Assembly (NCBI GenBank): GCA_022825195.1 | Contig: JAJDYL010000064.1 | Coordinates: 807-64,806, forward strand | Length of the DNA: 64,000 nucleotides | Reading direction: 5' to 3' | DNA from: Alphaproteobacteria bacterium | Lineage (GTDB): Bacteria > Pseudomonadota > Alphaproteobacteria > Bin95 | Part shown: one piece after another, positions 45,705 through 54,271 of the stretch | Numbering within the stretch: position 1 is the first letter of the stretch | How the letters are laid out: the number at the start of each line of letters is the position of its first letter | Position numbers and translations under genes: made by a program | Notes under the pieces: generated by a model | Told to the model about the DNA's origin: nothing | The model's database searches: none | The model's input: only the letters and a program-made list of their open reading frames with translations

Positions 45705-45929
45705 TCAGCCGAACAGGATCACGAGCGCCACGACGAGCGCGAACAGCGCAATGGCCTCGACGAGCGCGAAGCCCAGCATGGTCATCGGGAACACTTCCCC
45801 CCGCGCCGACGGGTTGCGCCCGACCGCCTGGATGAAGGAAGCGAAAATGTTGCCGATGCCGATACCGGCGCCGATGACGCCGATGACGGCAAGACCCGCG
45901 CCGATGAACTTGGCGGCTTCTAAATCCAT
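45705..45929 (-). CDS. atpE: F0F1 ATP synthase subunit c
   Basis: MDLEAAKFIGAGLAVIGVIGAGIGIGNIFASFIQAVGRNPSARGEVFPMTMLGFALVEAIALFALVVALVILFG; 74 aa proteolipid. Confidence 0.9.
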   Translation of the reverse strand: MDLEAAKFIGAGLAVIGVIGAGIGIGNIFASFIQAVGRNPSARGEVFPMTMLGFALVEAIALFALVVALVILFG

Positions 45930-45964
45930 GGGTTGGTTCCTTCTTCGCGTGGGCGGATAGCCGG

Positions 45965-46699
45965 TTAGTGGAGGTGAAGCGCGTCGTTGATGTAGAGGCA
46001 GGTGAGGATCGCGAACACATAGGCCTGGAGGAAGGCGATGACGATCTCCAGCCCCGTCAGCGCCGAGACGAAGGCGAGCGGCAGGATGCCGGCGACGCCG
46101 AGCGCCGGCACGAAGCCGGCGAAGACCTTGAGCAGGGTGTGGCCGGCCAGCATGTTGGCGAACAGGCGCACCGAAAGGCTGATCGGCCGGGAGAGGTAGG
46201 AGATGATCTCGATCGGGATCAGCAGCGGCCACATGAACACCGAGACGCCGGGCGGCACGAAGAAGCTGAAGAAGTGCATCCCGTGCTTGATGAAGCCCAG
46301 CACGGTGACGCCGACGAAGACCACCGCCGCCATGGCGAAAGTGACCGCGATATGGCTGGTGAAGGTGAAGCTGTAGGGGATCATGCCGGCGAGATTGCCG
46401 AACAGGATGAACATGAAGAGGGTGAAGATGAGCGGGAAGTATTTCCGGCCCTCGTCGCCCACCGTGTCGCGCACCATGCCGGCGATGAACTCGTAGGCGA
46501 GTTCGGCGATGGACTGCAGGCGCCCCGGCACCAGGGCGCGCTTGCGCGTGCCGCCGACCATCACCGCGATCACGCCGGCCGCGGCCACGACCATCCAGAC
46601 CGTGGAATTGGTGATGTCGAGCTGGACTCCGGCCACAGGTATGTCGACCAGCTCCTTGATCCGGAACTGCTCCAGCGGACCGTGCGCGTCTCCCGCCAC
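45965..46699 (-). CDS. atpB: F0F1 ATP synthase subunit a
   Basis: ..LSVRLFANMLAGHTLLKVF.. conserved Arg helix; GTG at 46699 chosen (track start 46768 would overlap atpI by 56 nt). Confidence 0.8.
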   Translation of the reverse strand: MAGDAHGPLEQFRIKELVDIPVAGVQLDITNSTVWMVVAAAGVIAVMVGGTRKRALVPGRLQSIAELAYEFIAGMVRDTVGDEGRKYFPLIFTLFMFILFGNLAGMIPYSFTFTSHIAVTFAMAAVVFVGVTVLGFIKHGMHFFSFFVPPGVSVFMWPLLIPIEIISYLSRPISLSVRLFANMLAGHTLLKVFAGFVPALGVAGILPLAFVSALTGLEIVIAFLQAYVFAILTCLYINDALHLH

Positions 46700-46712
46700 C
46701 CGGGTTCCCCCT

Positions 46713-47060
46713 CTAGCCTTCCTCGCCGTCCTGCCGGCGCCGCTCCCGGCGCCAGCCGGGCGCGGCATCCATGCCGCTCATATACCGGTACACATTCATC
46801 ACCCCGGCCGCCGCCCCGAGCACGAAAAAGACCACCATCAGCCAGGGCGCGGTGTCGAGCCAGCGGTCCAGCCCCCACCCGATGGCTGCACCGACCCCCA
46901 GCGCTGCCACCAGTTCCACTCCGATCCGCATGGCCGCGCCCAGCCCCTCCTTCGGGGCTGCCTTCGGCGCCTTGCCGTCGCGACGGCGCCGGGCATCGGC
47001 AAGTCTGTCGGAGAAATCGTGAAGGGGGCCGTTCCTGTCGTCTTCGCCCATTTTCGCCAC
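46713..47060 (-). CDS. atpI: ATP synthase protein I (AtpI/AtpZ family)
   Basis: 115 aa, two TM helices (..GVELVAALGVGAAIGWGLDRWLDTAPWLMVVFFVLGAAAGVMNVY..), first gene of F0 operon. Confidence 0.65.
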   Translation of the reverse strand: MAKMGEDDRNGPLHDFSDRLADARRRRDGKAPKAAPKEGLGAAMRIGVELVAALGVGAAIGWGLDRWLDTAPWLMVVFFVLGAAAGVMNVYRYMSGMDAAPGWRRERRRQDGEEG

Positions 47061-47214
47061 GAAACGCCGTCCGGCGCGAATCCCGCCCCGAAAGCGCCCG
47101 GACCCTAGGGCGGCGGCGGTCCGGCTGTCAAGAAACCGCCATGCCGGGCAAACCGTTGATCCGGCGTCGAATTAGCCTGCGATCCGGACTATGCGACAGT
47201 ATGTATCGCCGCCC

Positions 47215-48918
47215 TCAGCCGGCCGAAACGACGGTATCGGAGATGCGCTCCGCCATCATGATGGTCGGGATGTTGGTGTTGGCGCAGGGCACGGACGGCA
47301 TGATCGAGGCGTCGACCACCCTGAGCCCGGCGAGGCCGCGCACCCGGCCTTGCTCGTCCGTCACCGCCATCGGGTCGTCGTCGGCTCCCATGCGGTTGGT
47401 GCAGGAGGCGTGCCAGACCCCGACGGCCGTGGCGCGCACGAAACCCTCCAGCGCCTCGTCGTCCTCCATCATGTCGCGCAGCCTGAGGCCGCCGGTTATC
47501 AGCCGGTCGATCAGCGTCCCCCTCAGGCCGCCGGCCATGTCCAGCACGCCGCCGACGGCCTTCGAAATCATCTCGTTGCGCCTGGTCACGCGGCCCATGG
47601 CGCGCACCTTCTCGCTGTAGGAGGAGGGGAAGGTATAGCCGGCGACCCGCGCCACGGCGGGGTGTAGGTTGATGGCGGATGCGCGCAGGAAGGCATCCTT
47701 CAGCCGGTCGAGGTCGCGCTCGTCGGACAGGAGGTTGAACTCGACCTCGGGCTCCTCGCGCCAGTCCTTCGACACGAGGCGGACCTCGCCGGTGGAATAG
47801 GACTTGTTGACGAAGACGAGCAGCGAGCCGAGGCGCTCTCCGACCGCATGCCAGCCGGACTTCGAGACCTGGACGATGAACATGTCCCCCGGGGGCGCAT
47901 CGTGCAGGCCGGAGGAATAGCGCGCGCCCACATGGATGTGGCGGGCGTCCTTGCGCGTCATCCGGGACTCGCCGGGCAGCCAGGTGGAGCAGGCGACCGA
48001 GGGATGGTCCATCAGGTTCTGCCCGACCCCCGGAAGATGGTGGCGGACCTCGATGCCCATGTCGGCCAGGTGGCCCGCCGGGCCGATGCCCGAGCGAAGC
48101 AGGTGGGCCGGCGAATGCACCGCGCCGCAGCACAGCACGACCTCGCGGCCCGTGAAGGTCTCCGATACGCCCCGCCGCCCGGCCTTGACGCCCACCGCGC
48201 GCAACCCGTCGAACAGGATCTCCGACACCTGGGTCTCGGAGCGGATTTCCAGGTTCTCGCGCAGCCGCGTCGGCGGGTCGAGATAGCCGATCGCCGTCGA
48301 GACCCGGCGGTCGTAGAGGTTCGACACCGTGACCGGGAAATGGCCGTCCTCGAACGCGCCGTTCTGGTCGGTGAGATAGGGGTAGCCGAGCTCGGTCATG
48401 GCCTCCGCCACGGCCTTGGCGTAGGGCGTCCATTCCTGCTGGTAGATGCGCCGGATCGGGATGCGTCCCTCCCGCCCGTGGAGCGCGTCGTCATGGTCCA
48501 TGTCGCGCTCGAGCTTCCGGAAAAAGGGCAGGCAGGACTCCCAGCTCCAGCCCTTCGCGCCCTGGCGCCCCCAGTCGTCATAGTCGTTCGGGGCGCCCCG
48601 GTTGGCCATCTGCCCGTTGATCGACGACCCGCCGCCCATGATCCGCGCCTGCTCGTAATTGCGCAGCTCCGGCCTCTGGCTTTCGGGCAGGTTCTTGTTG
48701 ATCGGCTGGAGCCGCACCCGGAGCTTGTTCCAGGTGTAGTCCGGGTTGAAATAGGCCGTGCCGGGATAGCTCGAATGCACATCCGGCGGGATCGCGCCGT
48801 GCGGCGTGTCGATGCCCGCCTCCAGCAACAGGACCCTGTTGGCGCTCCTGGCCGAGAGCCGGTTCGCCATGACAGAGCCGGCGGACCCGCCGCCGACGAT
48901 GATGTAGTCGTACTGCAT
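47215..48918 (-). CDS. GMC family FAD-dependent oxidoreductase (choline dehydrogenase-like)
   Basis: MQYDYIIVGGGSAGSVMANRLS.. (FAD ADP-binding), ..MGADDDPMAVTDEQGRVRGLAGLRVVDASIMP..; RBS gggagg; internal ATG 48918. Confidence 0.85.
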   Translation of the reverse strand: MQYDYIIVGGGSAGSVMANRLSARSANRVLLLEAGIDTPHGAIPPDVHSSYPGTAYFNPDYTWNKLRVRLQPINKNLPESQRPELRNYEQARIMGGGSSINGQMANRGAPNDYDDWGRQGAKGWSWESCLPFFRKLERDMDHDDALHGREGRIPIRRIYQQEWTPYAKAVAEAMTELGYPYLTDQNGAFEDGHFPVTVSNLYDRRVSTAIGYLDPPTRLRENLEIRSETQVSEILFDGLRAVGVKAGRRGVSETFTGREVVLCCGAVHSPAHLLRSGIGPAGHLADMGIEVRHHLPGVGQNLMDHPSVACSTWLPGESRMTRKDARHIHVGARYSSGLHDAPPGDMFIVQVSKSGWHAVGERLGSLLVFVNKSYSTGEVRLVSKDWREEPEVEFNLLSDERDLDRLKDAFLRASAINLHPAVARVAGYTFPSSYSEKVRAMGRVTRRNEMISKAVGGVLDMAGGLRGTLIDRLITGGLRLRDMMEDDEALEGFVRATAVGVWHASCTNRMGADDDPMAVTDEQGRVRGLAGLRVVDASIMPSVPCANTNIPTIMMAERISDTVVSAG

Positions 48919-48990
48919 CGCAAGCCTCCCCGGGCGCCATTCTTCTATGCGGATGCGGAAATGGGAAGGCTTCACGGCACGAGAACGGCG

Positions 48991-49017
48991 TTGACATGCC
49001 GGCGCAAGGAATACAAT
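48991..49017 (+). promoter_or_regulatory. Sigma70-like promoter TTGACA-N15-TACAAT in AT-rich spacer upstream of hypothetical/PIN pair
   Basis: cgTTGACAtgccggcgcaaggaaTACAATact; places TSS about 30 nt upstream of ATG 49056. Confidence 0.35.
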
Positions 49018-49055
49018 ACTTAGGTAAGTAAGAACTTGCAGGACCTGGCGGACCG

Positions 49056-49622
49056 ATGGCGACGAACCGGGAACGGCTGATGAAGGAAGCGGCGGCGCGC
49101 GGCAAGTATGCGCCGCTTCACAGGCATCTGCTGTCGCTCTGGCCGGAGACCGAGTGGCGGGCCGGTTTCGACGAGGTGGAGCGGGTGCTGGGCTTCCGCC
49201 TGCCCGATTCGGCGCGCCTGCACCGGCCCTGGTGGGCCAATTCCCGCAAGGGAAGCGGACACTCCCATGCGCTCGCCTGGCAGGCGGCGGGCTGGCGGAC
49301 CGCGCGGGTCGACCTGGAGGCGGAAACGCTGGTGTTCGAGAGAGAGGCGGCGGCGATGGAGACCGCGCCGCTTCGCTATGGAGGGGAAGACGAAGACATG
49401 ACCCGGCACGGGGCGGGGCTTCGGGAGGCTTCGGCAACGATGAGCCTGGCGCCGCGGCGGGCGGCGCGGCGGCCCAGGCGCGATTTCGACCTGGACCGCG
49501 ATTTCCCGCCCTGGAACGGCGGTCCCTGGCCGGAAGGCTTCACGGTAAGCCGCGAGCAGATCTATGACGATATGGGCCGGTTGACCGGCGGACCGGAGGA
49601 CGAGTCCGGGTCCGACGGCTGA
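49056..49622 (+). CDS. Hypothetical protein, candidate cognate partner/antitoxin of downstream PIN toxin
   Basis: 188 aa; N-terminal conserved-looking domain (..VLGFRLPDSARLHRPWWANS..) plus acidic/Arg-rich low-complexity C-terminal half; stop 5 nt before PIN gene start. Confidence 0.55.
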   Translation: MATNRERLMKEAAARGKYAPLHRHLLSLWPETEWRAGFDEVERVLGFRLPDSARLHRPWWANSRKGSGHSHALAWQAAGWRTARVDLEAETLVFEREAAAMETAPLRYGGEDEDMTRHGAGLREASATMSLAPRRAARRPRRDFDLDRDFPPWNGGPWPEGFTVSREQIYDDMGRLTGGPEDESGSDG

Positions 49623-49627
49623 CCCGC

Positions 49628-50062
49628 GTGTTCCTCGATACCAATCTCTTCATCCCCGCCCGGTTCGACGCGGCCCCGGCCCACGCTTTGGCAAGGGCGG
49701 CGCTGAACCGGGCCGAGCGGTCCGGCGAGGTTCTGCGCATCAGTCGCCAGGTCATGCGCGAATATCTGGCGGCCGCGACCCGACCGCAGGCATGGTCCGC
49801 TCCCTTGCCGGTGGCGACGGCGCTTGCCGACCTCTCGTGGATGGAGGAGACGTATGAGGTGCTGGAAGACGGACCGCATGTCATGGGCACGCTGGCAGGG
49901 CTCTGCCGCGAGATACCCGTCGGCGGCAGGCAGGTGCATGACGCCAACATCGTCGCCACCATGCTGGCGCATGGCGAGCGGCGCCTGCTGACCTTCAATG
50001 TCCGGGACTTCCGCCGCTTCGCCGCCCATATCGAGCTGGTGAACCCGGAACCCGCCGCATAG
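49628..50062 (+). CDS. vapC: PIN-domain ribonuclease, type II toxin VapC family
   Basis: VFLDTNLFI.. (PIN Asp1), ..QVHDANIVATMLAHGERRLLTFNVRDFRRF (C-terminal acidic residue region); GTG start; 144 aa. Confidence 0.8.
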   Translation: MFLDTNLFIPARFDAAPAHALARAALNRAERSGEVLRISRQVMREYLAAATRPQAWSAPLPVATALADLSWMEETYEVLEDGPHVMGTLAGLCREIPVGGRQVHDANIVATMLAHGERRLLTFNVRDFRRFAAHIELVNPEPAA

Positions 50063-50780
50063 GCCGGGCCGCCTGCGCGCCGCCGTTCCTCAGCCGGTCC
50101 GGCACGGCGAGGCGGCTCCAGGGGAAGGCATGGACCCGCTCCCGGCCGGGCAGCAGGACCCGCGGCGGCCGGGCGAACAGCATGCGGACCGCCGGGTCGT
50201 GGACATCGAGCCCGCCCGTATAGGCGCCGAAGGCCGGCAGCAGCAGGCGCTTCCCGTCGGTGACGAACGCCCGGCCGGAGACCTGCCGCCGCCCGGTCGA
50301 GACCGTCGCGCGCGGGTGCAGATGGCCCGCCACCTCTCCCGGCGCCGGGTGCGGATGCGGCTCATGGCGGAACAGGAGCGGTCCGGCGCGCCATTCGGCG
50401 AGCGCGCATCCGCCGAAGCCCGCCGGCGGTTCGGGGTCGTGGTTGCCGCGCAGCCAGAGCCATTCGTAGCTTCGCGCAAGCCGGTCGAGACGGTGCGCCG
50501 CCTCCCGGTCGAGACGCGCGCCCGCGTCCGGGTCGTGGAATCCGTCGCCGAGCGACACCCAGCGCGCCGGCCGGTAGTCCCTGGCCAGCGCCTCCAGGCG
50601 GTCCAGGGTCGCATGGCTGTCATAGGGCGGCAGCAGCGCGCCGCCTTCGGCCGCGAAGGCCGAGCCCTTTCCGAAATGCAGGTCGGCGACGATGAGCGTC
50701 CGCGTCTCCGGCCACCAGAGCGCGCCCGAAGGGTCGGCGGCGAGCGAGGCCCCGTTCAGCCGGAAGGAGGCCGCCGTCAA
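49995..50780 (-). CDS. pdeM: Ligase-associated DNA damage response endonuclease PdeM (calcineurin-like metallophosphoesterase)
   Basis: ..WWPETRTLIVADLHFGKGSAF.., ..LWLRGNHD..; start overlaps lhr stop by 4 nt; 3' end overlaps vapC convergently. Confidence 0.8.
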   Translation of the reverse strand: MTAASFRLNGASLAADPSGALWWPETRTLIVADLHFGKGSAFAAEGGALLPPYDSHATLDRLEALARDYRPARWVSLGDGFHDPDAGARLDREAAHRLDRLARSYEWLWLRGNHDPEPPAGFGGCALAEWRAGPLLFRHEPHPHPAPGEVAGHLHPRATVSTGRRQVSGRAFVTDGKRLLLPAFGAYTGGLDVHDPAVRMLFARPPRVLLPGRERVHAFPWSRLAVPDRLRNGGAQAARPMRRVPGSPARYGRRSGGSPGH

Positions 50781-53236
50781 AGCGGGAGTTCCGCCATGCC
50801 CGCACCGTCCATGGCTTCGGCCACGAGCTCGCTCTCGCTCTCGGCCGCCGTCTCGGCCAGCAGTTCCTCGATGGCGCCGCCATAGACGAACTCCTTGCCG
50901 ATCTCGAGCAGGACCGGCACGGCGAGCGGCGACACGCGGTCGAGGCGGCGCACTTCTATCCGGCCCCTGGCGCGGGCGAGCATCCCGCCCAGCCGGCGAA
51001 TGTCGGTCAGCCCCCTGGCGGCGTCGCGCCTCGTTGCGCGCAGCAGGAGGTGGTTGGGCTCATGCCGGCGCAGCACGTCGTAGATGAGGTCGGCGTTGAA
51101 GGTGACCTGGCGGCGGGTCTTTTCCCGCCCCGGATGGCGGCGTTCGATCAGCCCCGCCACGACCGCCACATTGCGGAAGGTCCGCCTGAGCAGGGTCGAC
51201 TCCGCCATCCAGTCTTCGAGGTCGTCGCCCAGCATGTCCTCGGAGAACAGCCCGTCCATCTCCTCGGCCTCGCGCAGGCTCCAGACCGCCAGCACATAGT
51301 CCGACGCGCAGAAGCCGAGCGGCCCGAGCCCCGCGCGCTCCATGCGCCGGGTCAGCAGCATGCCGAGCGTCTGGTGGGCGTTGCGCCCCTCGAAACAATA
51401 GGCGACGAGATACCATTTGCCGCCGCGCGGGAAGGTTTCGACCAGGAGCCCGCCCGGACGCGGCAGCACGGAGCGCCAGTCCTGCGCGCTGAGCCATTCC
51501 AGCACGTCGGGCGGGAACTCCCGCCAGCGCCGCCGGTCGGCGAGCAGGCCGCGCACCCGCTCGGCGAGATGCGTGGTCAGCGGCAGCCGCCCGCCGCCAT
51601 AGGCAGGAATGCGCGGCGCCTCGCCTGTGGCGGAAGAGGTGCGGATGGTCATGTCCCGGATGCCCTCGAAGCGCAGCATCCGGCCGGCGAACACGAAGGT
51701 GTCGCCCGGCGTCAGCGTGTTGGCGAAATACTCCTCCACCTCGCCGAGCACGCGCCCGCCGAGCCGGACCTTCAGCGTCACCGCCTCGACGATGGTGCCG
51801 ACATTCATCCGGTAGCGCCGCACCACGTCCCCGTTGGCGGCCCGCAGCCGGCCGGAGGCATCGCGCTTCAGCCGCCGGTAGCGTTCATAGGCGCCGAGCG
51901 CATAGCCCCCGGTCGCCACGAAATCGACGGTTTCCGAGAAGGTCCTGCGGGTAAGGCCGCGATAGGGATGCGCGCGGCGCACCTCGCGGAACAGCGCCTC
52001 CTCCTCGAACGGCCCGGACGCCGCAACGCCGGCTATGTGCTGGGCCAGCACATCCAGTCCGCCGGGCTCCGGCGCGTCGCCGTCGAGCGTACCCGCGCGG
52101 ATCGCGTCGATGGCGGCATGGCATTCCAGCACCTCGAAGCGGTTGGCCGGCACCAGCAGCGCCCGGCTCGGCCGGTCGAGGCGGTGGTTGGAGCGCCCGA
52201 GACGCTGTAGCAGCCGCGCCGCGCCCTTGGGCGCGCCGACCTGCACCACGAGGTCCACATCGCCCCAGTCGATGCCGAGGTCGAGCGAGGAGGTGGCCAC
52301 GACGGCCCGCAGCCGGCCCGCCGCCATCGCCGCCTCAACCTTGCGGCGCTGCTCCGGGGCGAGGCTGCCGTGATGCAGCGCAATGGCGAGGCCGTCCTCG
52401 TTGAGGTCCCAGAGCCCGCGGAAGATGAGCTCCGCCTGGGCGCGGGTGTTGACGAAGACGATGGTCGTCCGGTGGTCCCGGATGGCCGCATGGATCTCTT
52501 CCAGCGCATAAACGGCCATGTGGCCGGACCAGGGCATCGGCCCGCGCATCCTCGCAATGGCGATTTCCGGCGCGATGCCGCCCCGCCCGACCACAACCTC
52601 GACATCCGGCTCCCGTCCGGCGCTGGGCGAAAGCCAGGCGGCCAGATAGTCCCGGTCGGCGACCGTGGCGGAAAGCGCCGTCCGCCGCGCTCCGGGCGCC
52701 ATGCCGCCGAGTCGCGCCAGGCCGAGCGACAGCAGGTCGCCCCGCTTGTTGTCGGCAAGCGCGTGCAGCTCATCGACGATGACGCAGCGAAGGCTGGCGA
52801 ACAGCGCCGGGGCGTCCGGCCAGGAGAGCATCAGCGCCAGCGACTCCGGCGTGGTCATCAGCATTTGCGGCGGCTTCCGGCGCTGGCGCTCCCGCTTGCG
52901 CTGCGGCGTGTCGCCGGTGCGGGTCTCGACCCCGATATCGAGGCCCATTTCCGCGATCGGGGCCTCCAGATTGCGGTGGATATCGACGGCCAGCGCCTTC
53001 AGCGGCGAGACATAGAGCGTGTGCAGGCCGGGGCGCGGCGCCGTTGCGAGTTCGGCGATGCTCGGCAGGAAACCCGCGAGCGTCTTGCCGCCGCCGGTCG
53101 GCGCGACCAGCAGGGCCGAGCGGCCGGCGTCGGCCGCGCGCCACATCTCCAGCTGATGGGCATGGGGCCGCCAGCCGCGCGCCCGGAACCAGCCGCGGAT
53201 CGCGGCGGGTTGCGCAACCCCGATGCCTGCCTCCAT
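50777..53236 (-). CDS. lhr: Ligase-associated DNA damage response DEXH-box helicase (Lhr-like)
   Basis: ..LLVAPTGGGKTLAGFLP (motif I), ..CVIVDELHALADNKRG (DExH), ..about 820 aa; ATG 53236 has GGAAGGAAG RBS (alt ATG 53272); track ORF N-terminal 330 aa is shadow. Confidence 0.85.
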   Translation of the reverse strand: MEAGIGVAQPAAIRGWFRARGWRPHAHQLEMWRAADAGRSALLVAPTGGGKTLAGFLPSIAELATAPRPGLHTLYVSPLKALAVDIHRNLEAPIAEMGLDIGVETRTGDTPQRKRERQRRKPPQMLMTTPESLALMLSWPDAPALFASLRCVIVDELHALADNKRGDLLSLGLARLGGMAPGARRTALSATVADRDYLAAWLSPSAGREPDVEVVVGRGGIAPEIAIARMRGPMPWSGHMAVYALEEIHAAIRDHRTTIVFVNTRAQAELIFRGLWDLNEDGLAIALHHGSLAPEQRRKVEAAMAAGRLRAVVATSSLDLGIDWGDVDLVVQVGAPKGAARLLQRLGRSNHRLDRPSRALLVPANRFEVLECHAAIDAIRAGTLDGDAPEPGGLDVLAQHIAGVAASGPFEEEALFREVRRAHPYRGLTRRTFSETVDFVATGGYALGAYERYRRLKRDASGRLRAANGDVVRRYRMNVGTIVEAVTLKVRLGGRVLGEVEEYFANTLTPGDTFVFAGRMLRFEGIRDMTIRTSSATGEAPRIPAYGGGRLPLTTHLAERVRGLLADRRRWREFPPDVLEWLSAQDWRSVLPRPGGLLVETFPRGGKWYLVAYCFEGRNAHQTLGMLLTRRMERAGLGPLGFCASDYVLAVWSLREAEEMDGLFSEDMLGDDLEDWMAESTLLRRTFRNVAVVAGLIERRHPGREKTRRQVTFNADLIYDVLRRHEPNHLLLRATRRDAARGLTDIRRLGGMLARARGRIEVRRLDRVSPLAVPVLLEIGKEFVYGGAIEELLAETAAESESELVAEAMDGAGMAELPL

Positions 53237-53281
53237 GCCGCCGGCTTCCTTCCCCGGGCCCGAGGAGGCCATAGTAGCGCG

Positions 53282-54271
53282 ATGGCGGATGCGCTCGAAG
53301 ACTGGCTCCGGCCGACGCCTGCGGGCCTCTGGTGCGAGCCCGGCGGGTTCCATATCGACCCGCAGCGGGCCGTGCCGCGCGCCCTCGTCACCCACGGCCA
53401 TGCCGACCATGCGCGCCCCGGCCACGGCGCGGTGCTCGCGACCCCGGAGACGCTCGCGATCATGGCGCTGCGCTATCCGCGCGACCGCCCTGCCCGCCAG
53501 GCGCTCCGCTATGGCGAGACCGTCCGGTCGGGCGGCGTCTCCGTCCGGCTGGCGCCCGCGGGCCATGTGCTCGGCTCGGCCCAGGCGGTGCTCGAATATC
53601 GCGGGCGGCGGGTGGTCGTCTCGGGTGACTACAAGCGCACGCCCGACCCGACCTGCGCCGCCTTCGAGCCGGTGCGGGCCGATGTCTTCATCACCGAGGC
53701 GACCTTCGGCCTGCCGGTGTTCCGCCTTCCGGACGACAGGGACGAGACCGCCCGCCTGCTGCGCTCGGTCGAGACCTTCCCCGACCGCTGCCATGTCATC
53801 GGCGCCTACAGCCTCGGCAAGTGCCAGCGGATGCTGGGCCTGCTGCGCCGCGCCGGCTGCGACCGGCCGATATGGCTGCATCCGGCGCTCGACGAGATGA
53901 CGGGGCTCTATCGGCAATTCGGGGCCGACCTCGGGGAAACGCGCCCGCTCGGAGACGCCGGCGGCCTCGCCGGCGAAATCGTGCTTCATCCTCCGGGGCC
54001 GGAGCAGCGGACGGACCGCTTCGCCGACCCGGTGCGGGTGTTCGCCTCGGGCTGGATGCAGATCCGCGCCCATGCGCGCCGGCGCGGCGTCGAGTTGCCG
54101 CTCGCCATTTCCGACCATGCCGACTGGACGGGGCTCACGGCCACCATCGCCGAGACCGACGCGTCGGAGATTCGCGTGACGCACGGATCGCCCGACGCCC
54201 TGATCCGCTGGGCGCAGGGCCGGGGCCTCGACGCCCGGCCGCTCGAAGCGCCGGGCAGCCACGCCCGATGA
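53282..54271 (+). CDS. Ligase-associated DNA damage response exonuclease (MBL-fold/beta-CASP)
   Basis: ..ALVTHGHADHARPGHG.. (HxHxDH), ..VVVSGDYKRTPDP..; divergent from lhr with 45 bp (or 9 bp) between start codons. Confidence 0.85.
   Translation: MADALEDWLRPTPAGLWCEPGGFHIDPQRAVPRALVTHGHADHARPGHGAVLATPETLAIMALRYPRDRPARQALRYGETVRSGGVSVRLAPAGHVLGSAQAVLEYRGRRVVVSGDYKRTPDPTCAAFEPVRADVFITEATFGLPVFRLPDDRDETARLLRSVETFPDRCHVIGAYSLGKCQRMLGLLRRAGCDRPIWLHPALDEMTGLYRQFGADLGETRPLGDAGGLAGEIVLHPPGPEQRTDRFADPVRVFASGWMQIRAHARRRGVELPLAISDHADWTGLTATIAETDASEIRVTHGSPDALIRWAQGRGLDARPLEAPGSHAR

Noticed and set aside
50777-54262. N-terminal 330 aa of the 1161-aa track ORF for lhr, and the upstream part (53821-54267) of the ligase ORF
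   Set aside because: These extensions overlap the exonuclease gene (opposite strand for lhr, other frame for the ligase) and lack helicase/ligase similarity; internal ATGs at 53236 and 54268 fit family lengths
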